This document shows, one piece after another, positions 9,450 to 19,734 of a DNA stretch of 35,850 nucleotides. How positions within the stretch are numbered: position 1 is the stretch's first letter; each line of letters begins with the position of its first letter. The notes under the pieces were generated by a model. That model was given only the letters and a program-made list of their open reading frames with translations, did no database searches and was not told where the DNA came from. Location: contig JARKSN010000039.1 in assembly GCA_029974275.1 (NCBI GenBank), forward strand, positions 1 through 35,850, given 5' to 3'. The position numbers and the translations under genes are program-made. The DNA comes from Candidatus Hydrogenedentota bacterium. GTDB taxonomy: Bacteria; Hydrogenedentota; Hydrogenedentia; Hydrogenedentales; SLHB01.

Positions 9450-10793
9450 GTGTCGGCGCAGCCGCTAGAAGCCTTCCGAAACGCGCTGAAAATTCCCGAA
9501 CTAAAACAGCGCATCATCTTCACGCTGGCATTGTTGGCCGTGTACCGCTTGGGCTGTCACGTGCCCACGCCGGGAGTGGACGGTCACGCCTTGGCGGAAC
9601 TGATCAAGAACACAGGCGGCGGGCTGCTTAACTTCTACGACTTGTTTTCCGGCGGCGCGTTCCACAACGCCACGATCTTCGCGCTGGGCATTATGCCCTA
9701 TATCAGCGCCTCGATCATCATTCAGCTGCTGACGGCCGTCGTGCCGCAGCTTGAAAAGCTGGCCAAGGAAGGCGCCGAAGGCCAAAAAAAGATCACCGAA
9801 TATACGCGCTACGGAACGGTGGGGCTGTGCATCGTGCAGTCCATCGGCATCGCCGCGTATCTGGTGGGCTTGAACCAGCAAGGCGAGACGACGATCGTGG
9901 CCAATCCGGGCCTCGGCTTCTACTTCATGTGCGTGCTGTCCTTCACGACCGGCACGGCCTTTATCATGTGGCTGGGCGAGCAGATCAGCGAATACGGCCT
10001 GGGCAACGGCATGTCCCTCATCATCTTCACCAGCATCGTGTCCCGCCTGCCGAACGCCTTCATCGCGCTAATCCGCATGATGGGCGCCGACCAGATCAGT
10101 CCCATCCAGGCCGGCTTCCTGTTCGTGTTGATGGGCGTGGTCATTGCGGGCGTCGTCGTGGTCACCACGGGCCAGCGCCGCGTTCCCGTGCAGTATCCCC
10201 GCCAAGTGAAGGGACGCAAGGTCTACGGCGGCAGCCGGAACTATCTGCCGCTGCGCGTCAACCAGGCAGGCGTGATCCCGATCATTTTCGCCAGTTCGAT
10301 ACTGATGCTCCCGGGCACGATATCGTCGTGGGCGGGCAGTCCCGCCGTGCGCGAGATTTTCGACGTGTGGTTTCGAATGGACGGTCTTCTCTACAACATC
10401 GTCGAGGCGGGCCTGATCGTCTTCTTCGCATTTTTCTACACCGCCATCACCTTCAATCCGATCGAGATGGCCGACAACATGAAAAAGATGGGCGGCGTGA
10501 TTATGGGCGTGCGGCCCGGCAAAGCCACTGCGGAATACCTCAACCGCGTGATGACCCGCATCACCCTGGTAGGCTCCCTGTTCCTGGCGGCCGTGGCCCT
10601 GCTTCCCAAAGGCGTCAACAACATGATGGGCGTGAACAACTGGGAAATCGCCAGTTTCTTCGGCGGCACCAGTCTGCTCATCTTGGTCGGCGTGGCCCTC
10701 GACACGGTGCGCCAAATAGAAACGCACCTGGTAATGCGCAATTACGAAGGCTTCATGAAAGGCGGCCGCCGCGTGCGTGGCCGCCGCATGTAG
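9450..10793 (+). CDS. secY: Preprotein translocase subunit SecY
   Basis: IFALGIMPYISASIIIQLL...GNGMSLIIF...AGVIPIIFASS...GGTSLLILVGVALDT; multiple TM segments. Confidence 0.98.
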   Translation: MSAQPLEAFRNALKIPELKQRIIFTLALLAVYRLGCHVPTPGVDGHALAELIKNTGGGLLNFYDLFSGGAFHNATIFALGIMPYISASIIIQLLTAVVPQLEKLAKEGAEGQKKITEYTRYGTVGLCIVQSIGIAAYLVGLNQQGETTIVANPGLGFYFMCVLSFTTGTAFIMWLGEQISEYGLGNGMSLIIFTSIVSRLPNAFIALIRMMGADQISPIQAGFLFVLMGVVIAGVVVVTTGQRRVPVQYPRQVKGRKVYGGSRNYLPLRVNQAGVIPIIFASSILMLPGTISSWAGSPAVREIFDVWFRMDGLLYNIVEAGLIVFFAFFYTAITFNPIEMADNMKKMGGVIMGVRPGKATAEYLNRVMTRITLVGSLFLAAVALLPKGVNNMMGVNNWEIASFFGGTSLLILVGVALDTVRQIETHLVMRNYEGFMKGGRRVRGRRM

Positions 10794-10811
10794 CCGGATT
10801 CAAGAGGGCAC

Positions 10812-11483
10812 ATGACGCTTCGAATCGTATTGCTGGGCGCTCCGGGCGCGGGAAAAGGCACCCAGGCGCAACGGCTGGCCGCGACGCACGGGCTGGTTCA
10901 TATTTCAACCGGCGACATGTTCCGCGCGCACCTCAAGCAAGGCACGGAGTTGGGCCAGCGGGTTCAGGACTATTTGAGCAGCGGCCGCTTGGTCCCGGAC
11001 GACCTGACCTGCGCGATCGTGACGGACCGCTTGGTTCAGCCGGACTGCGCCCAGGGGTACATTTTGGACGGTTTTCCGCGTTCCGCCCCGCAAGCCGAGG
11101 CATTGGACGCGTTTTTTACGGACAACGGCCAGAAACTCGATGTGGCGGTGGACATCGCCGTCGCGGACGAAGACATTGTAGACCGTTTGTCGGCGCGCCG
11201 GAGCTGTCCGGCATGCGGCGCGATTTACAACTTGAAATACGGCCCCTCGAAACGCGGGGGCCTGTGCGATCGCGAAAACTGCTCGGGCGAATTGATCCTG
11301 CGCGACGACGACCGCGAAGAGACGATTCGAAAACGGTTGCAGGTCTACCATCAAACGACCGCGCCCGTGATCGGCTATTACGGCAACCAGGGCATCCTGA
11401 AGACCGTGGACGCGACGGGCTTGACGCCGGACGACGTTTTCGCTCGCATAGAAGAGATTTTGTGCGGACTAAAGGGCGCATAA
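10812..11483 (+). CDS. adk: Adenylate kinase (zinc-lid type)
   Basis: GAPGAGKGTQA P-loop, HISTGDMFR, LDGFPR, lid CPAC...CDRENC. Confidence 0.97.
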   Translation: MTLRIVLLGAPGAGKGTQAQRLAATHGLVHISTGDMFRAHLKQGTELGQRVQDYLSSGRLVPDDLTCAIVTDRLVQPDCAQGYILDGFPRSAPQAEALDAFFTDNGQKLDVAVDIAVADEDIVDRLSARRSCPACGAIYNLKYGPSKRGGLCDRENCSGELILRDDDREETIRKRLQVYHQTTAPVIGYYGNQGILKTVDATGLTPDDVFARIEEILCGLKGA

Positions 11484-12259
11484 GCCAAGGCGTCCCGATC
11501 CGGACCGAGGAGGAGATTGCGATCCTCCGCGAGGCGAACCGGATCGTGGCGGATGTCCTGGCGGCGTTGGCCGCGCTCGTGAAGCCGGGCGTCACGAGCG
11601 GAGAACTGGATGCGCTGGGCGAGCAAATGATCCGACAGGCCGGCGCGACGCCCTCGTTCCTGGGGTACCACGGCTATCCGGCGTCGACGTGCATATCGGT
11701 GGATGCCGAGGTGATACACGGCATCCCTGGAAAACGGACGATCCGGGAAGGCGAACTGGTCAGCATCGACGTGGGCGCCTACTACAACGGCTATCACGGC
11801 GATGCGGCGGTGACGGTGCCGGCGGGCGAGGTGGATGCGCTTCGGACCCGGTTGATGACGACGACAGACCGGGCGTTGGCGCAGGGCATCCGCGCGGCGC
11901 GAGCGGGAAATTATCTGGAAGATGTTTCCCGGGCCGTGCAGAGCGTTTGCGAAGCAGAACGTTTTTCGGTGGTTCGGGCCTTCGTGGGGCATGGCATTGG
12001 CCAGCAGATGCACGAAGAGCCTCAGATACCGAATTTTGTGACGGGCGACCGGGGCCCGAGGCTTCGGCCCGGCATGGTGCTCGCGATCGAGCCCATGGTG
12101 AATGCAGGCAGCCCCGATGTGCGGGTGCTGGCCGACGGATGGACGGCCGTCACGCGTGACGGCAAGCCCAGCGCGCATTTCGAGCACAGCATTGTGGTGC
12201 GCGAAGGCGACGCGGAGGTTCTTTCGGTGTCGCCCTACCACCTATGGGGACAGGGCTGA
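11462..12259 (+). CDS. map: Methionine aminopeptidase type I
   Basis: 3' part of ORF 9827..12259: [13 protein letters not shown]...[31 protein letters not shown]; nearest in-frame start is GTG 11462, overlapping the adk end. Confidence 0.95.
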   Translation: MRTKGRISQGVPIRTEEEIAILREANRIVADVLAALAALVKPGVTSGELDALGEQMIRQAGATPSFLGYHGYPASTCISVDAEVIHGIPGKRTIREGELVSIDVGAYYNGYHGDAAVTVPAGEVDALRTRLMTTTDRALAQGIRAARAGNYLEDVSRAVQSVCEAERFSVVRAFVGHGIGQQMHEEPQIPNFVTGDRGPRLRPGMVLAIEPMVNAGSPDVRVLADGWTAVTRDGKPSAHFEHSIVVREGDAEVLSVSPYHLWGQG

Positions 12260-12276
12260 AAGCCGACGAAGAGGAT

Positions 12277-12495
12277 ATGCAAAAGGAAGACGCTATAGAG
12301 GTAGAAGGCACGGTGGTGGAACCCCTGCCCAACGCCATGTTCCGCGTTCAATTGAAAAACGGACACATGGTGTTGGCGCACATTTCAGGAAAGATGCGCA
12401 TGAACTTCATCCGCATCCTTCCGGGAGACCGCGTAAAGCTGGAGATGTCGCCCTACGATCTGACGCGGGGCCGCATCACCTACCGGTATAAATAG
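12277..12495 (+). CDS. infA: Translation initiation factor IF-1
   Basis: [24 protein letters not shown]...[17 protein letters not shown]...[20 protein letters not shown] before ATG 12277. Confidence 0.98.
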   Translation: MQKEDAIEVEGTVVEPLPNAMFRVQLKNGHMVLAHISGKMRMNFIRILPGDRVKLEMSPYDLTRGRITYRYK

Positions 12496-12542
12496 TCCGC
12501 CGGGGCCGGGACAGGCCGCCGAGGACGCGAATGGAGACGGCA

Positions 12543-12656
12543 ATGAAGGTGCGCAGTTCGGTGAAAAAAATTTGTGAAAAGTGCAAGATTATCCGCCGGT
12601 ATGGCAGCGTCCGCGTGATTTGCATCAATCCGCGGCACAAGCAGCGTCAAGGCTAG
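12543..12656 (+). CDS. rpmJ: 50S ribosomal protein L36 (zinc-binding form; not in ORF track)
   Basis: Hand translation [43 protein letters not shown]. Confidence 0.97.
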   Translation: MKVRSSVKKICEKCKIIRRYGSVRVICINPRHKQRQG

Positions 12657-12672
12657 CAGGGAGACCCTTCGC

Positions 12673-13038
12673 ATGGCACGTATTGTAGGCATAGACCTTC
12701 CCCGCGACAAGCGCATAGAAGCCGGGCTCCAGTACATTCTGGGCATTGGCCCGACCCGCGCCAAGGAAGTGCTGCAAAAAACGGGCGTGAATCCCGACGC
12801 CCGGGTGCGCGACCTGACCGACGAGGAAGTCAGCAGACTGACCTCCTTCATCACCAACACCTACAAGGTGGAAGGCGACCTGCGGCGCGAAGTCACAGGA
12901 AACATCAAACGCCTGATGGACATCAACAGTTACCGGGGCCAGCGCCACAAGCGCGGGTTGCCGGTGCGCGGACAGCGGACGCACACGAATGGGCGGACGC
13001 GCAAGGGACCGCGCGGCGCCACGGTTAAGAAGAAATAG
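12673..13038 (+). CDS. rpsM: 30S ribosomal protein S13
   Basis: [10 protein letters not shown]...VEGDLRRE...[18 protein letters not shown]. Confidence 0.98.
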   Translation: MARIVGIDLPRDKRIEAGLQYILGIGPTRAKEVLQKTGVNPDARVRDLTDEEVSRLTSFITNTYKVEGDLRREVTGNIKRLMDINSYRGQRHKRGLPVRGQRTHTNGRTRKGPRGATVKKK

Positions 13039-13052
13039 GAGGCACTGTTCAA

Positions 13053-13451
13053 GTGGCTAAGGAAAAACGGAAAGCCAAAACCAAAAAGCGCCGCAGCGCC
13101 CTAACGGTGACGTCGGGCGTCGCGCATATCCAGGCAACGTTCAACAACACCATCGTCTCGATCACCGATCTACAAGGCAACGTCGTGGCCTGGTCCAGCG
13201 CCGGCCAAGTAGGGTTCGTCGGATCGCGCAAAAGCACGGCCTTCGCCGCGCAAGTCGCCGCCGAAGCCGCGACCCAAAAAGCCCGCGAAGCGGGATTGCG
13301 CGACGTCAAAGTCGAGGTGTGCGGGCCGGGTGCGGGCCGCGAATCGGCGATTCGGGCCATTCAGGCCGCCGGCCTTGATATCACCCTGATTCGCGACGTG
13401 ACGAGCATACCGCACAACGGGTGCCGGCCGCCCAAACGGCGGCGCGTCTAG
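13053..13451 (+). CDS. rpsK: 30S ribosomal protein S11
   Basis: [15 protein letters not shown]...[12 protein letters not shown]...[14 protein letters not shown]. Confidence 0.98.
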   Translation: MAKEKRKAKTKKRRSALTVTSGVAHIQATFNNTIVSITDLQGNVVAWSSAGQVGFVGSRKSTAFAAQVAAEAATQKAREAGLRDVKVEVCGPGAGRESAIRAIQAAGLDITLIRDVTSIPHNGCRPPKRRRV

Positions 13452-13536
13452 TTCGGGTCGCAGGAACGAATCCGGTATTGCGGATTCTGGACGGGGCCGA
13501 GGCCCAAACACCCCGGTTGCCGGGAGGCGGGAACGC

Positions 13537-14598
13537 ATGATTGCTAAAGAATTTGTACTGCCAAGAACAGTCCGAATAGAAGAAGGCGCGACGGGTAGCT
13601 ATGCCCGCTTCGTCGTAGAGCCTTTCGAGCGCGGTTACGGCACGACCGTGGGGAACTCGCTCCGTCGCGTGTTGCTGGCCAGCCTGGAAGGCGCCGCCGT
13701 TACGGCGATCCGTTTTGAAGGCGTTCAGCACGAATTCTCGGCGATCCCGGGCATCAAAGAAGACGTCACGGACATCGTCCTGAACTTCAAGCAATGCCAG
13801 CTTCGGTTGAACCGGAACGAACCCATCATCTTTTCCTTCGTACACAAAGGCAAAGGCGAGGTGACTGCCGGCGACATCTTCCGCGATGTGGACGTCGACG
13901 TGTTTAACCCCGACAAAGTCATTTTCACCGCAACCGCGGCCACGGCCAACGTCGAGATGGAAATCAAAGTGGCCCACGGGCGCGGCTACGTCACCGCCGA
14001 CCATTTCGAGCTCGAGCACGCGCCCATCGGCACGGTCTACCTCGATGCCGGCTTTTCGCCGGTGACGAAGGTGAATTTTTTGGTGGAGGACGCGCGCGTC
14101 GGCCAGATGACCGACTACGATCGCCTCATTCTGGACGTGTGGACGAACGGATCGCTGACGCCGCAAGACGCCTTGCAAGAGGCGGCCAAGCTGCTGATTG
14201 ATCACATGCAAATTTTCGTGCGCGAAACCGAATCCTCCGAAGAAGCCGGCGGCAGCCTGATCGGCGTGGAAGACCCTGAGCTCATGCGCAAGCTCTCTCG
14301 CTCGGTGGACGAACTGGAGTTGAGCGTGCGCGCGGCCAATTGCCTGAAAGCCGCGAATATCCGGACCATCGCCGACCTTGTCGTGCGCCAGGAATCCGAA
14401 ATGCTCCACTTCCCGAACTTCGGGAAGAAAAGCCTCGACGAGATCAAGGTCATCCTGGAAACCTTGGGTTTGACCTTTGGCATGCAGGTGGCAGGCGTTG
14501 CCGCGCCATCCGTTTCGTTCCCCACGCTTTCGTCGCTCGGCGAAATCGACGACGACGAAATTTTCGATGACGATGAAGAAGAAGACGAAGACGAGTAA
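13537..14598 (+). CDS. rpoA: DNA-directed RNA polymerase subunit alpha
   Basis: EPFERGYGTTVGNSLRRVLL...HEFSAIPGIKED...alphaCTD ELELSVRAANCL...NFGKKSLDEI. Confidence 0.98.
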   Translation: MIAKEFVLPRTVRIEEGATGSYARFVVEPFERGYGTTVGNSLRRVLLASLEGAAVTAIRFEGVQHEFSAIPGIKEDVTDIVLNFKQCQLRLNRNEPIIFSFVHKGKGEVTAGDIFRDVDVDVFNPDKVIFTATAATANVEMEIKVAHGRGYVTADHFELEHAPIGTVYLDAGFSPVTKVNFLVEDARVGQMTDYDRLILDVWTNGSLTPQDALQEAAKLLIDHMQIFVRETESSEEAGGSLIGVEDPELMRKLSRSVDELELSVRAANCLKAANIRTIADLVVRQESEMLHFPNFGKKSLDEIKVILETLGLTFGMQVAGVAAPSVSFPTLSSLGEIDDDEIFDDDEEEDEDE

Positions 14599-14616
14599 CC
14601 GAAAGGATTACGACCG

Positions 14617-14991
14617 ATGAGGCATCGTAAGGAAGGCCGCCGGCTGGGACGAACGAGTTCGCACCGCGAGGCCACGATGAAAAATCTCGCCCTGGCGCTG
14701 TTCAAGTACAACGCTATCCGGACCACCGTGGCGAAATCGAAGGAACTGCGCAAATTCGCCGAGCCGCTGATTACGCTGGCGAAAACCGATTCCGTCGCGA
14801 ACCGGCGCTTGGCCTTCGCCGCTCTCCGGAGCGACGAAGTGGTTCGCAAGCTGTTCACCGAGATCGCGCCGTCCTATGCGCAACGGCCGGGCGGTTACAC
14901 GCGCATTTTGCGGCTGGACAATCGCCCTGGCGACGCCGCCCCCATGGCTCGCATCGAGCTGGTCGGCATCGGCGAATACAAGGCGGATTGA
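14617..14991 (+). CDS. rplQ: 50S ribosomal protein L17
   Basis: [17 protein letters not shown]...RPGGYTRI...[14 protein letters not shown]. Confidence 0.98.
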   Translation: MRHRKEGRRLGRTSSHREATMKNLALALFKYNAIRTTVAKSKELRKFAEPLITLAKTDSVANRRLAFAALRSDEVVRKLFTEIAPSYAQRPGGYTRILRLDNRPGDAAPMARIELVGIGEYKAD

Positions 14992-15088
14992 CGGCGGTCT
15001 GCGGGCGGCATATCCGAGAGGCCCGCGGAAACGCATTGAACTTCTGTCTTTTCGCGCGCGCCCCGAAGCCGCGAGATCATGAAACGCA

Positions 15089-15118
15089 GCGGGAGCAGGC
15101 CTGAAGGCCTGCTCCCGC
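15089..15118. terminator. Probable bidirectional intrinsic terminator between convergent rplQ and the surface-protein gene
   Basis: Perfect 13-bp stem GCGGGAGCAGGCC-TGAA-GGCCTGCTCCCGC, with short T-rich flanks on both strands. Confidence 0.7.
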
Positions 15119-15167
15119 GTTCGCTTACCTTTGGATGCACAAAGGCCCGCCCTTGCGCCCTCCGCTC

Positions 15168-18100
15168 TCAATACCAGTTCGGGGAAACGATGTAGAACAG
15201 GTTGTGCATCAGCATGAAATCCAGCCCATTGTAACGATTGCCGATGGCTCCGCCGTTGTTCTGCTGATCGATGGAATCCATGAACTTATTCGCGGTGCGC
15301 CATCCCGGCGCTGCATCGTCCGCAGGCCCCGAGGCAGGCGCGCTGGCGAGAACGGGAAGCGTCTCGGCGTCCAACGTGTTGTGGTGGCCAGGCCAATTCG
15401 GCAAGGTCGCCACATGCGGCCATAGGGCTGCGTACAGATACGGGTAGAGGTAGTAGTTCTGGACCGCCTTCAGCGACATCAGATGCTGCAGCGTGTCGTT
15501 GCCCCAGCCGTTGCCGATGGCGGCGATCGACATCACCATGTGCAGGTTGTCGGGGCCGCTGCCCGTGCTGGGGTATAAGAACGGCTGCCAGGCCTGATTC
15601 CAGAGCGTTTTGTAGGCGCTGTCCACGGACCCGACATAATCCACAAGGCCGTCGGTGATATAGACCAACTCCTTGTTCAGACCGTGCGAGTAAGCCCGGG
15701 CGTCATCGCCGCGCATGACATAGCTGTTCCAATCCCACGATGGATTCTTAATTCGCCAGCCTCCGGTTTTCACCCAAGTCACAATGAAATACGCGCGGTT
15801 GATCGCGCCTTGTCGCAGGTCGTAGCCGTTCACGACCGTGCCGGCAGGCACGAAGCGCTTCACCAACGAGAGGCCGATCAGGACGTGATAGACCTGGTCC
15901 TGACTCATCTCCTTGTTCTTGATGTTCGTGGAGGTGAGGTCGGACTCCATGCCGCCCATGCCGAAGTTGCCGTTGAAGCCGGCGTACACGTCGTCGCGAA
16001 TGAAGAAACCCGGCGTGTCGATGCCCCACGCAAATCCAACGGATTCCCCCGTGACGTCGAGACGGTCCATGGCGAGCAAGGCGTAGTAAAGCTCCGTCTT
16101 GGTCTGGTTAAGCCGGTTGGCGTCGCCCATGTTGAAGTTGGGGTAAATTTCCGGATGCGACAGCATATGGAATTCGGTGGCCAGCATGCCGATATACCAG
16201 CCGAGATTGCAGGTCGTGTCAGAGAACTTGATGAAATTGTACAGCGTGTTGCGGAATTCCGCCGGCAAGCTGTAGCCCTGGCCCGCGCCGACCAGCAAGT
16301 ACTGCGACGTCAGCCGCTGGCGATATTGCCAGTATTTTGACGTGTTGGCGCTTATCTTCAGCTGGAAGTTTGCGGCGATGGCCTTGTTGACATCCATCGT
16401 TACGGGCAAGGGATTCGCCGTGCCTGTGGTGCCGCCGCTCCAGCCGACGAAGTCCCAACCGTCCGCGGGGACCGCAGTGAGCAGGACGGTGTCGTTGACC
16501 GCATACGGCGGATTCGAGTCGGCTTCGATGCTGCCTTGGCCCACGGTGCTCAGGGTCAGGGTGCGCGTTTGCTGGGTGAAGGTCGCGACGACGGTCGTCG
16601 ACGCGCCCAACGTGAGAGAAACGGGATTCGCGGCGCCGCCGATCGCGCCCGACCAGCCCGCGAAATTCCAATCGGTTGCCGCGGTTGCGGTCAGCGTGAC
16701 GGAATCGCCTACGTAGTAGGGACCGGTGGGCGGATCAATCGTCACGTCGCCCTGCCCTATCACATCGACCTCGAAGTCGCTTTGCTGACCTCCCGTGAAG
16801 TGCGCGACCACGTCCGTATCGCCCGCCAGCGTGATGGTCTTGGGGTTGACTGATCCGGAGACGTCGCCCGACCAGCCCGCGAAAGACCAGCTCGCTTCGG
16901 GCACGGCCGTGAGGATCACGTTGTCGCCCGCGCGGTACGGTCCGGAGGGCGGCGTCACCTGCACGGTTCCGTGGCCTGTCTTCGAGACATTCAGCGCAAT
17001 TTCGCCGGATTCGAGACCAACGCCGGTCAGCGGCACGAGCATCGTCGGGACGTTCACGGCGTTTGTCGGGATCGTCAGCACGGCGTCACGACTCCCCGTC
17101 GCGCTTGGGTCGAAGGTCAATTGAACGTAGATGCTGGCTCCGGGTTTCACGCCTGCGGTGGTGAATCCGATCTTGGTGATCTTGAAATCCGCCGCCGCCG
17201 GGCCGCTGATGTTCAGCACGCCCTTGAGTTTCATCAAGGCGTCGCCGATGTTGCGCACCTGCAACGACACGGCCGCCGTCGGGCCCGCGTCGGGGAGTCG
17301 TGGCCCGAAATCGATCGAGGGAACGGGCAGGTCGATGACGGGGCCGCTATAGGCCGCCACATGCACGGTGCGGCTTTGCTGCGACGCTGCATTTCCTGCG
17401 GCGTCGTTCACGTCGTAGGTGACCGAGTAATCGCCCACGACCGCCGTGTTGACGTTGCTGTTCTTTACGATTTGCGCGGTGAGATCTCCGTCTATTGCGT
17501 CGATCGCCGTCGCGCCGGGATCGGTGAAGGTTCCGTTTTTCGCCACGGTCATGGCCGTATCGCCCAGTAGGGTGATGACGGGCGCTTCGCTGTCCATCAC
17601 AATCGAGGCGGACGTTGAGGCCGACCAGTTGCCGGCATGGTCCTTGTATTGGGCGTAGACCGTCTTGACGCCGTCGCCTGCCGACAGGGTCCATGCTTTG
17701 TTCGCTGCATAGGAGAAAGTTGTCCACGCGGCGTTGTCGTTGCTGAAACGCATCTGTGCGAGACCCGAGGTGGCGTCGGTCGCTGCCGAGGACAGCGTCA
17801 CCGAGGGGCCTGCCGTATAGGCCGCGCCGCCGTTGATGGTCAGTGTGCCTTTCGGGGCGCGTTTGTCGAGCGTGATTGTCGTCGTATAGGGGTTGGACCA
17901 GTTGCCCGCGCCATCGCCGAATTTCACCTGAACGGTCTTGAGGCCGTCGCCCGCGGCAAGCGTCCACGGCAACGAGGCTGCGTATGCGTACGTGGCCCAC
18001 GTGGATCCGGTGTTGCTCACGCGCATCCAGACAACGCCCGTTCCGCCGCTTGATCCGCCCGTGTCCGTGGCCGATAGCGCCAAGGTCACCGCTTGCGTGT

Positions 18101-19421
18101 TGGTGTAGAGCGCGCCTCCGGCGATCGCGACCGTTCCCGTTGGCGGCGTGGTGTCGGGCACGGGGATGAAGACGCCCGCGCTCGTTGCGGAATAGGCGCT
18201 CCGGTTGCCCATCGCGTCATATGCCTTTACGCGGCAGTAATAGGTGCGGCCCAACGCGCCGGTCACGGCATGGCTCGTGACGTTGCCAATGTCGCCGTTG
18301 GCAAGGTAATTTCCGAGATCGTCCCACACCTGCACATTGTATCCGGCTATGCCGCTGCCCACGCCGACATCGGCCACTTCGTCCCAATCAAAGCTGACCG
18401 TTGTGCCGTAGTAGTAGCCCGTGGGCGCGCCCGGGGCGGGCGGCGCGGCTGCGTCGCACAGGACGCCGTCGCTGTTTTCGGACATATCGCTCAAACGGCC
18501 CGCGTTGTCGACGGCGCGGACGCGGCAGAAATACGAGTTCCCGTCCACGCCGGGGAAACTGTACGAGTTGCCGGTGGTTGTGCCGCTGACCGGTAGAGTG
18601 GGCCAATCAGGCCAATTTCGAATTTCAACGATATAGTAGGCAACGCCCGACATGTCGAGAGAAGGAAGCCACTGGAACGTGACGGTGGCCGGGGCGAACA
18701 CGTTGCCCGCCGTGGGCTTGCCAGGGGTCGAGGGGTTGGTCAGATCGACGCGGATGCCCGGCGAACTAGCGGTCAGTGCGCTGGTGCGTCCGGCGTTGTC
18801 CTTGGCCAGCATCTGGCAATAATAGGTGACGCCGTCGCTGCAGTTTCCAATGGTGTAGCTGCCGGGCTGCGAGCCGATCCACCCCGAAAACTTGTCGGAA
18901 CCGCCCGGAAACGTTCCAACGAGCATGTAATAGTCGGCAATGCCGCTGGTTGCGTCGCTTGCGGTCCAATGGAAAGTCACCGAGTTCGACGTGGTGTACG
19001 GCGAGGCGATGGTTGGAGTCGTGATGACAGGATCGTCAAGGTCAACGCCGACCGTGTCGTACGCCGCCCCCGTCCCGAAAGTGGAGTCCATGAACTGGAC
19101 TTGCATGCCGTAGATCGCGCCGCCGACGGGATACAGCGTGTTGGTAATGGTGTAGGAGACCGTCTTGCCGCCGCCGATATAGGCCCAATCCGGAAAATTG
19201 CCGTTCGCGTCCGTCACGCGGGCCCACGTGATGTTGTTGCTGCTGGAAGCCGAGACCGCCACGGACTGCGTTCTGCTCGTCACCCAGGTCGCGCCGCCCG
19301 CGATGGTGGCGTTGGCGGTGAAGGCGTACGCCGCTTGGGGCAGTAGGGCCAGCGCGACAATCGCACAAACCAACAGTCTCGTTTGCGCGAAACGGACCGG
19401 TTTCGCACCCTGCTTCTTCAT
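15168..19421 (-). CDS. Large secreted multidomain protein (~1417 aa): signal peptide, FN3/Ig-like repeats, DUF5011/HYR-like domain, ASH/choice-of-anchor D-like domain, 3 divergent InlB B-repeats, ~395-aa uncharacterised C-terminal domain
   Basis: Likely start MKKQGAK...LLVCAIVALALLPQAAYA at 19421 with GGGAG SD; FN3-type YYCRVKAYDAMGN motifs; APVITLLGD...FTDPGATAIDAIDGDLT; DFG...VRNIGD...LTFDPSATGSR; repeated VTLTA.P..W.F.GWSG. Confidence 0.85.
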   Translation of the reverse strand: MKKQGAKPVRFAQTRLLVCAIVALALLPQAAYAFTANATIAGGATWVTSRTQSVAVSASSSNNITWARVTDANGNFPDWAYIGGGKTVSYTITNTLYPVGGAIYGMQVQFMDSTFGTGAAYDTVGVDLDDPVITTPTIASPYTTSNSVTFHWTASDATSGIADYYMLVGTFPGGSDKFSGWIGSQPGSYTIGNCSDGVTYYCQMLAKDNAGRTSALTASSPGIRVDLTNPSTPGKPTAGNVFAPATVTFQWLPSLDMSGVAYYIVEIRNWPDWPTLPVSGTTTGNSYSFPGVDGNSYFCRVRAVDNAGRLSDMSENSDGVLCDAAAPPAPGAPTGYYYGTTVSFDWDEVADVGVGSGIAGYNVQVWDDLGNYLANGDIGNVTSHAVTGALGRTYYCRVKAYDAMGNRSAYSATSAGVFIPVPDTTPPTGTVAIAGGALYTNTQAVTLALSATDTGGSSGGTGVVWMRVSNTGSTWATYAYAASLPWTLAAGDGLKTVQVKFGDGAGNWSNPYTTTITLDKRAPKGTLTINGGAAYTAGPSVTLSSAATDATSGLAQMRFSNDNAAWTTFSYAANKAWTLSAGDGVKTVYAQYKDHAGNWSASTSASIVMDSEAPVITLLGDTAMTVAKNGTFTDPGATAIDAIDGDLTAQIVKNSNVNTAVVGDYSVTYDVNDAAGNAASQQSRTVHVAAYSGPVIDLPVPSIDFGPRLPDAGPTAAVSLQVRNIGDALMKLKGVLNISGPAAADFKITKIGFTTAGVKPGASIYVQLTFDPSATGSRDAVLTIPTNAVNVPTMLVPLTGVGLESGEIALNVSKTGHGTVQVTPPSGPYRAGDNVILTAVPEASWSFAGWSGDVSGSVNPKTITLAGDTDVVAHFTGGQQSDFEVDVIGQGDVTIDPPTGPYYVGDSVTLTATAATDWNFAGWSGAIGGAANPVSLTLGASTTVVATFTQQTRTLTLSTVGQGSIEADSNPPYAVNDTVLLTAVPADGWDFVGWSGGTTGTANPLPVTMDVNKAIAANFQLKISANTSKYWQYRQRLTSQYLLVGAGQGYSLPAEFRNTLYNFIKFSDTTCNLGWYIGMLATEFHMLSHPEIYPNFNMGDANRLNQTKTELYYALLAMDRLDVTGESVGFAWGIDTPGFFIRDDVYAGFNGNFGMGGMESDLTSTNIKNKEMSQDQVYHVLIGLSLVKRFVPAGTVVNGYDLRQGAINRAYFIVTWVKTGGWRIKNPSWDWNSYVMRGDDARAYSHGLNKELVYITDGLVDYVGSVDSAYKTLWNQAWQPFLYPSTGSGPDNLHMVMSIAAIGNGWGNDTLQHLMSLKAVQNYYLYPYLYAALWPHVATLPNWPGHHNTLDAETLPVLASAPASGPADDAAPGWRTANKFMDSIDQQNNGGAIGNRYNGLDFMLMHNLFYIVSPNWY

Positions 19422-19734
19422 GGCATTCTCCCTTGTTGCGTTGAGCGGCGCCTTCACGAATATCATTGAGCGATCCATTTTGCACCATCCGTTGGGGGGG
19501 CCGTGGAGCGGCGGCGAAGCGGCACAGGGGGAATGGGGTGGCGGGATACAACCTCGCGCCAACGCGCGAACGGCGCCACACGAGCATTCCTCGCGTTGCC
19601 GTTTCGTGGTCACCTAATCATCGGCAAGACCCTCGGACGTTTGGGGCGGCCGTCGCGCCATCATGCGTCAGTGACATGACGGCGGCTTTTTCGCGTCATC
19701 GAGCCTGCGTCGCAACACAGACCCGTATGCGCAT

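Noticed and set aside
9827..12259. 810-aa ORF suggesting a giant Map fusion
   Set aside because: Only the last ~265 aa are Map; the rest is an Arg/Gly-rich alternative frame over secY and adk, expected at high GC.
19422..19613. Extended N-termini from the ORF track (also for PEP-CTERM, lolD, cdsA, uppS, pyrH, tsf, rpsB)
   Set aside because: Downstream starts fit family N-termini or signal peptides, and most have SD motifs; the extensions are longest-ORF artefacts.
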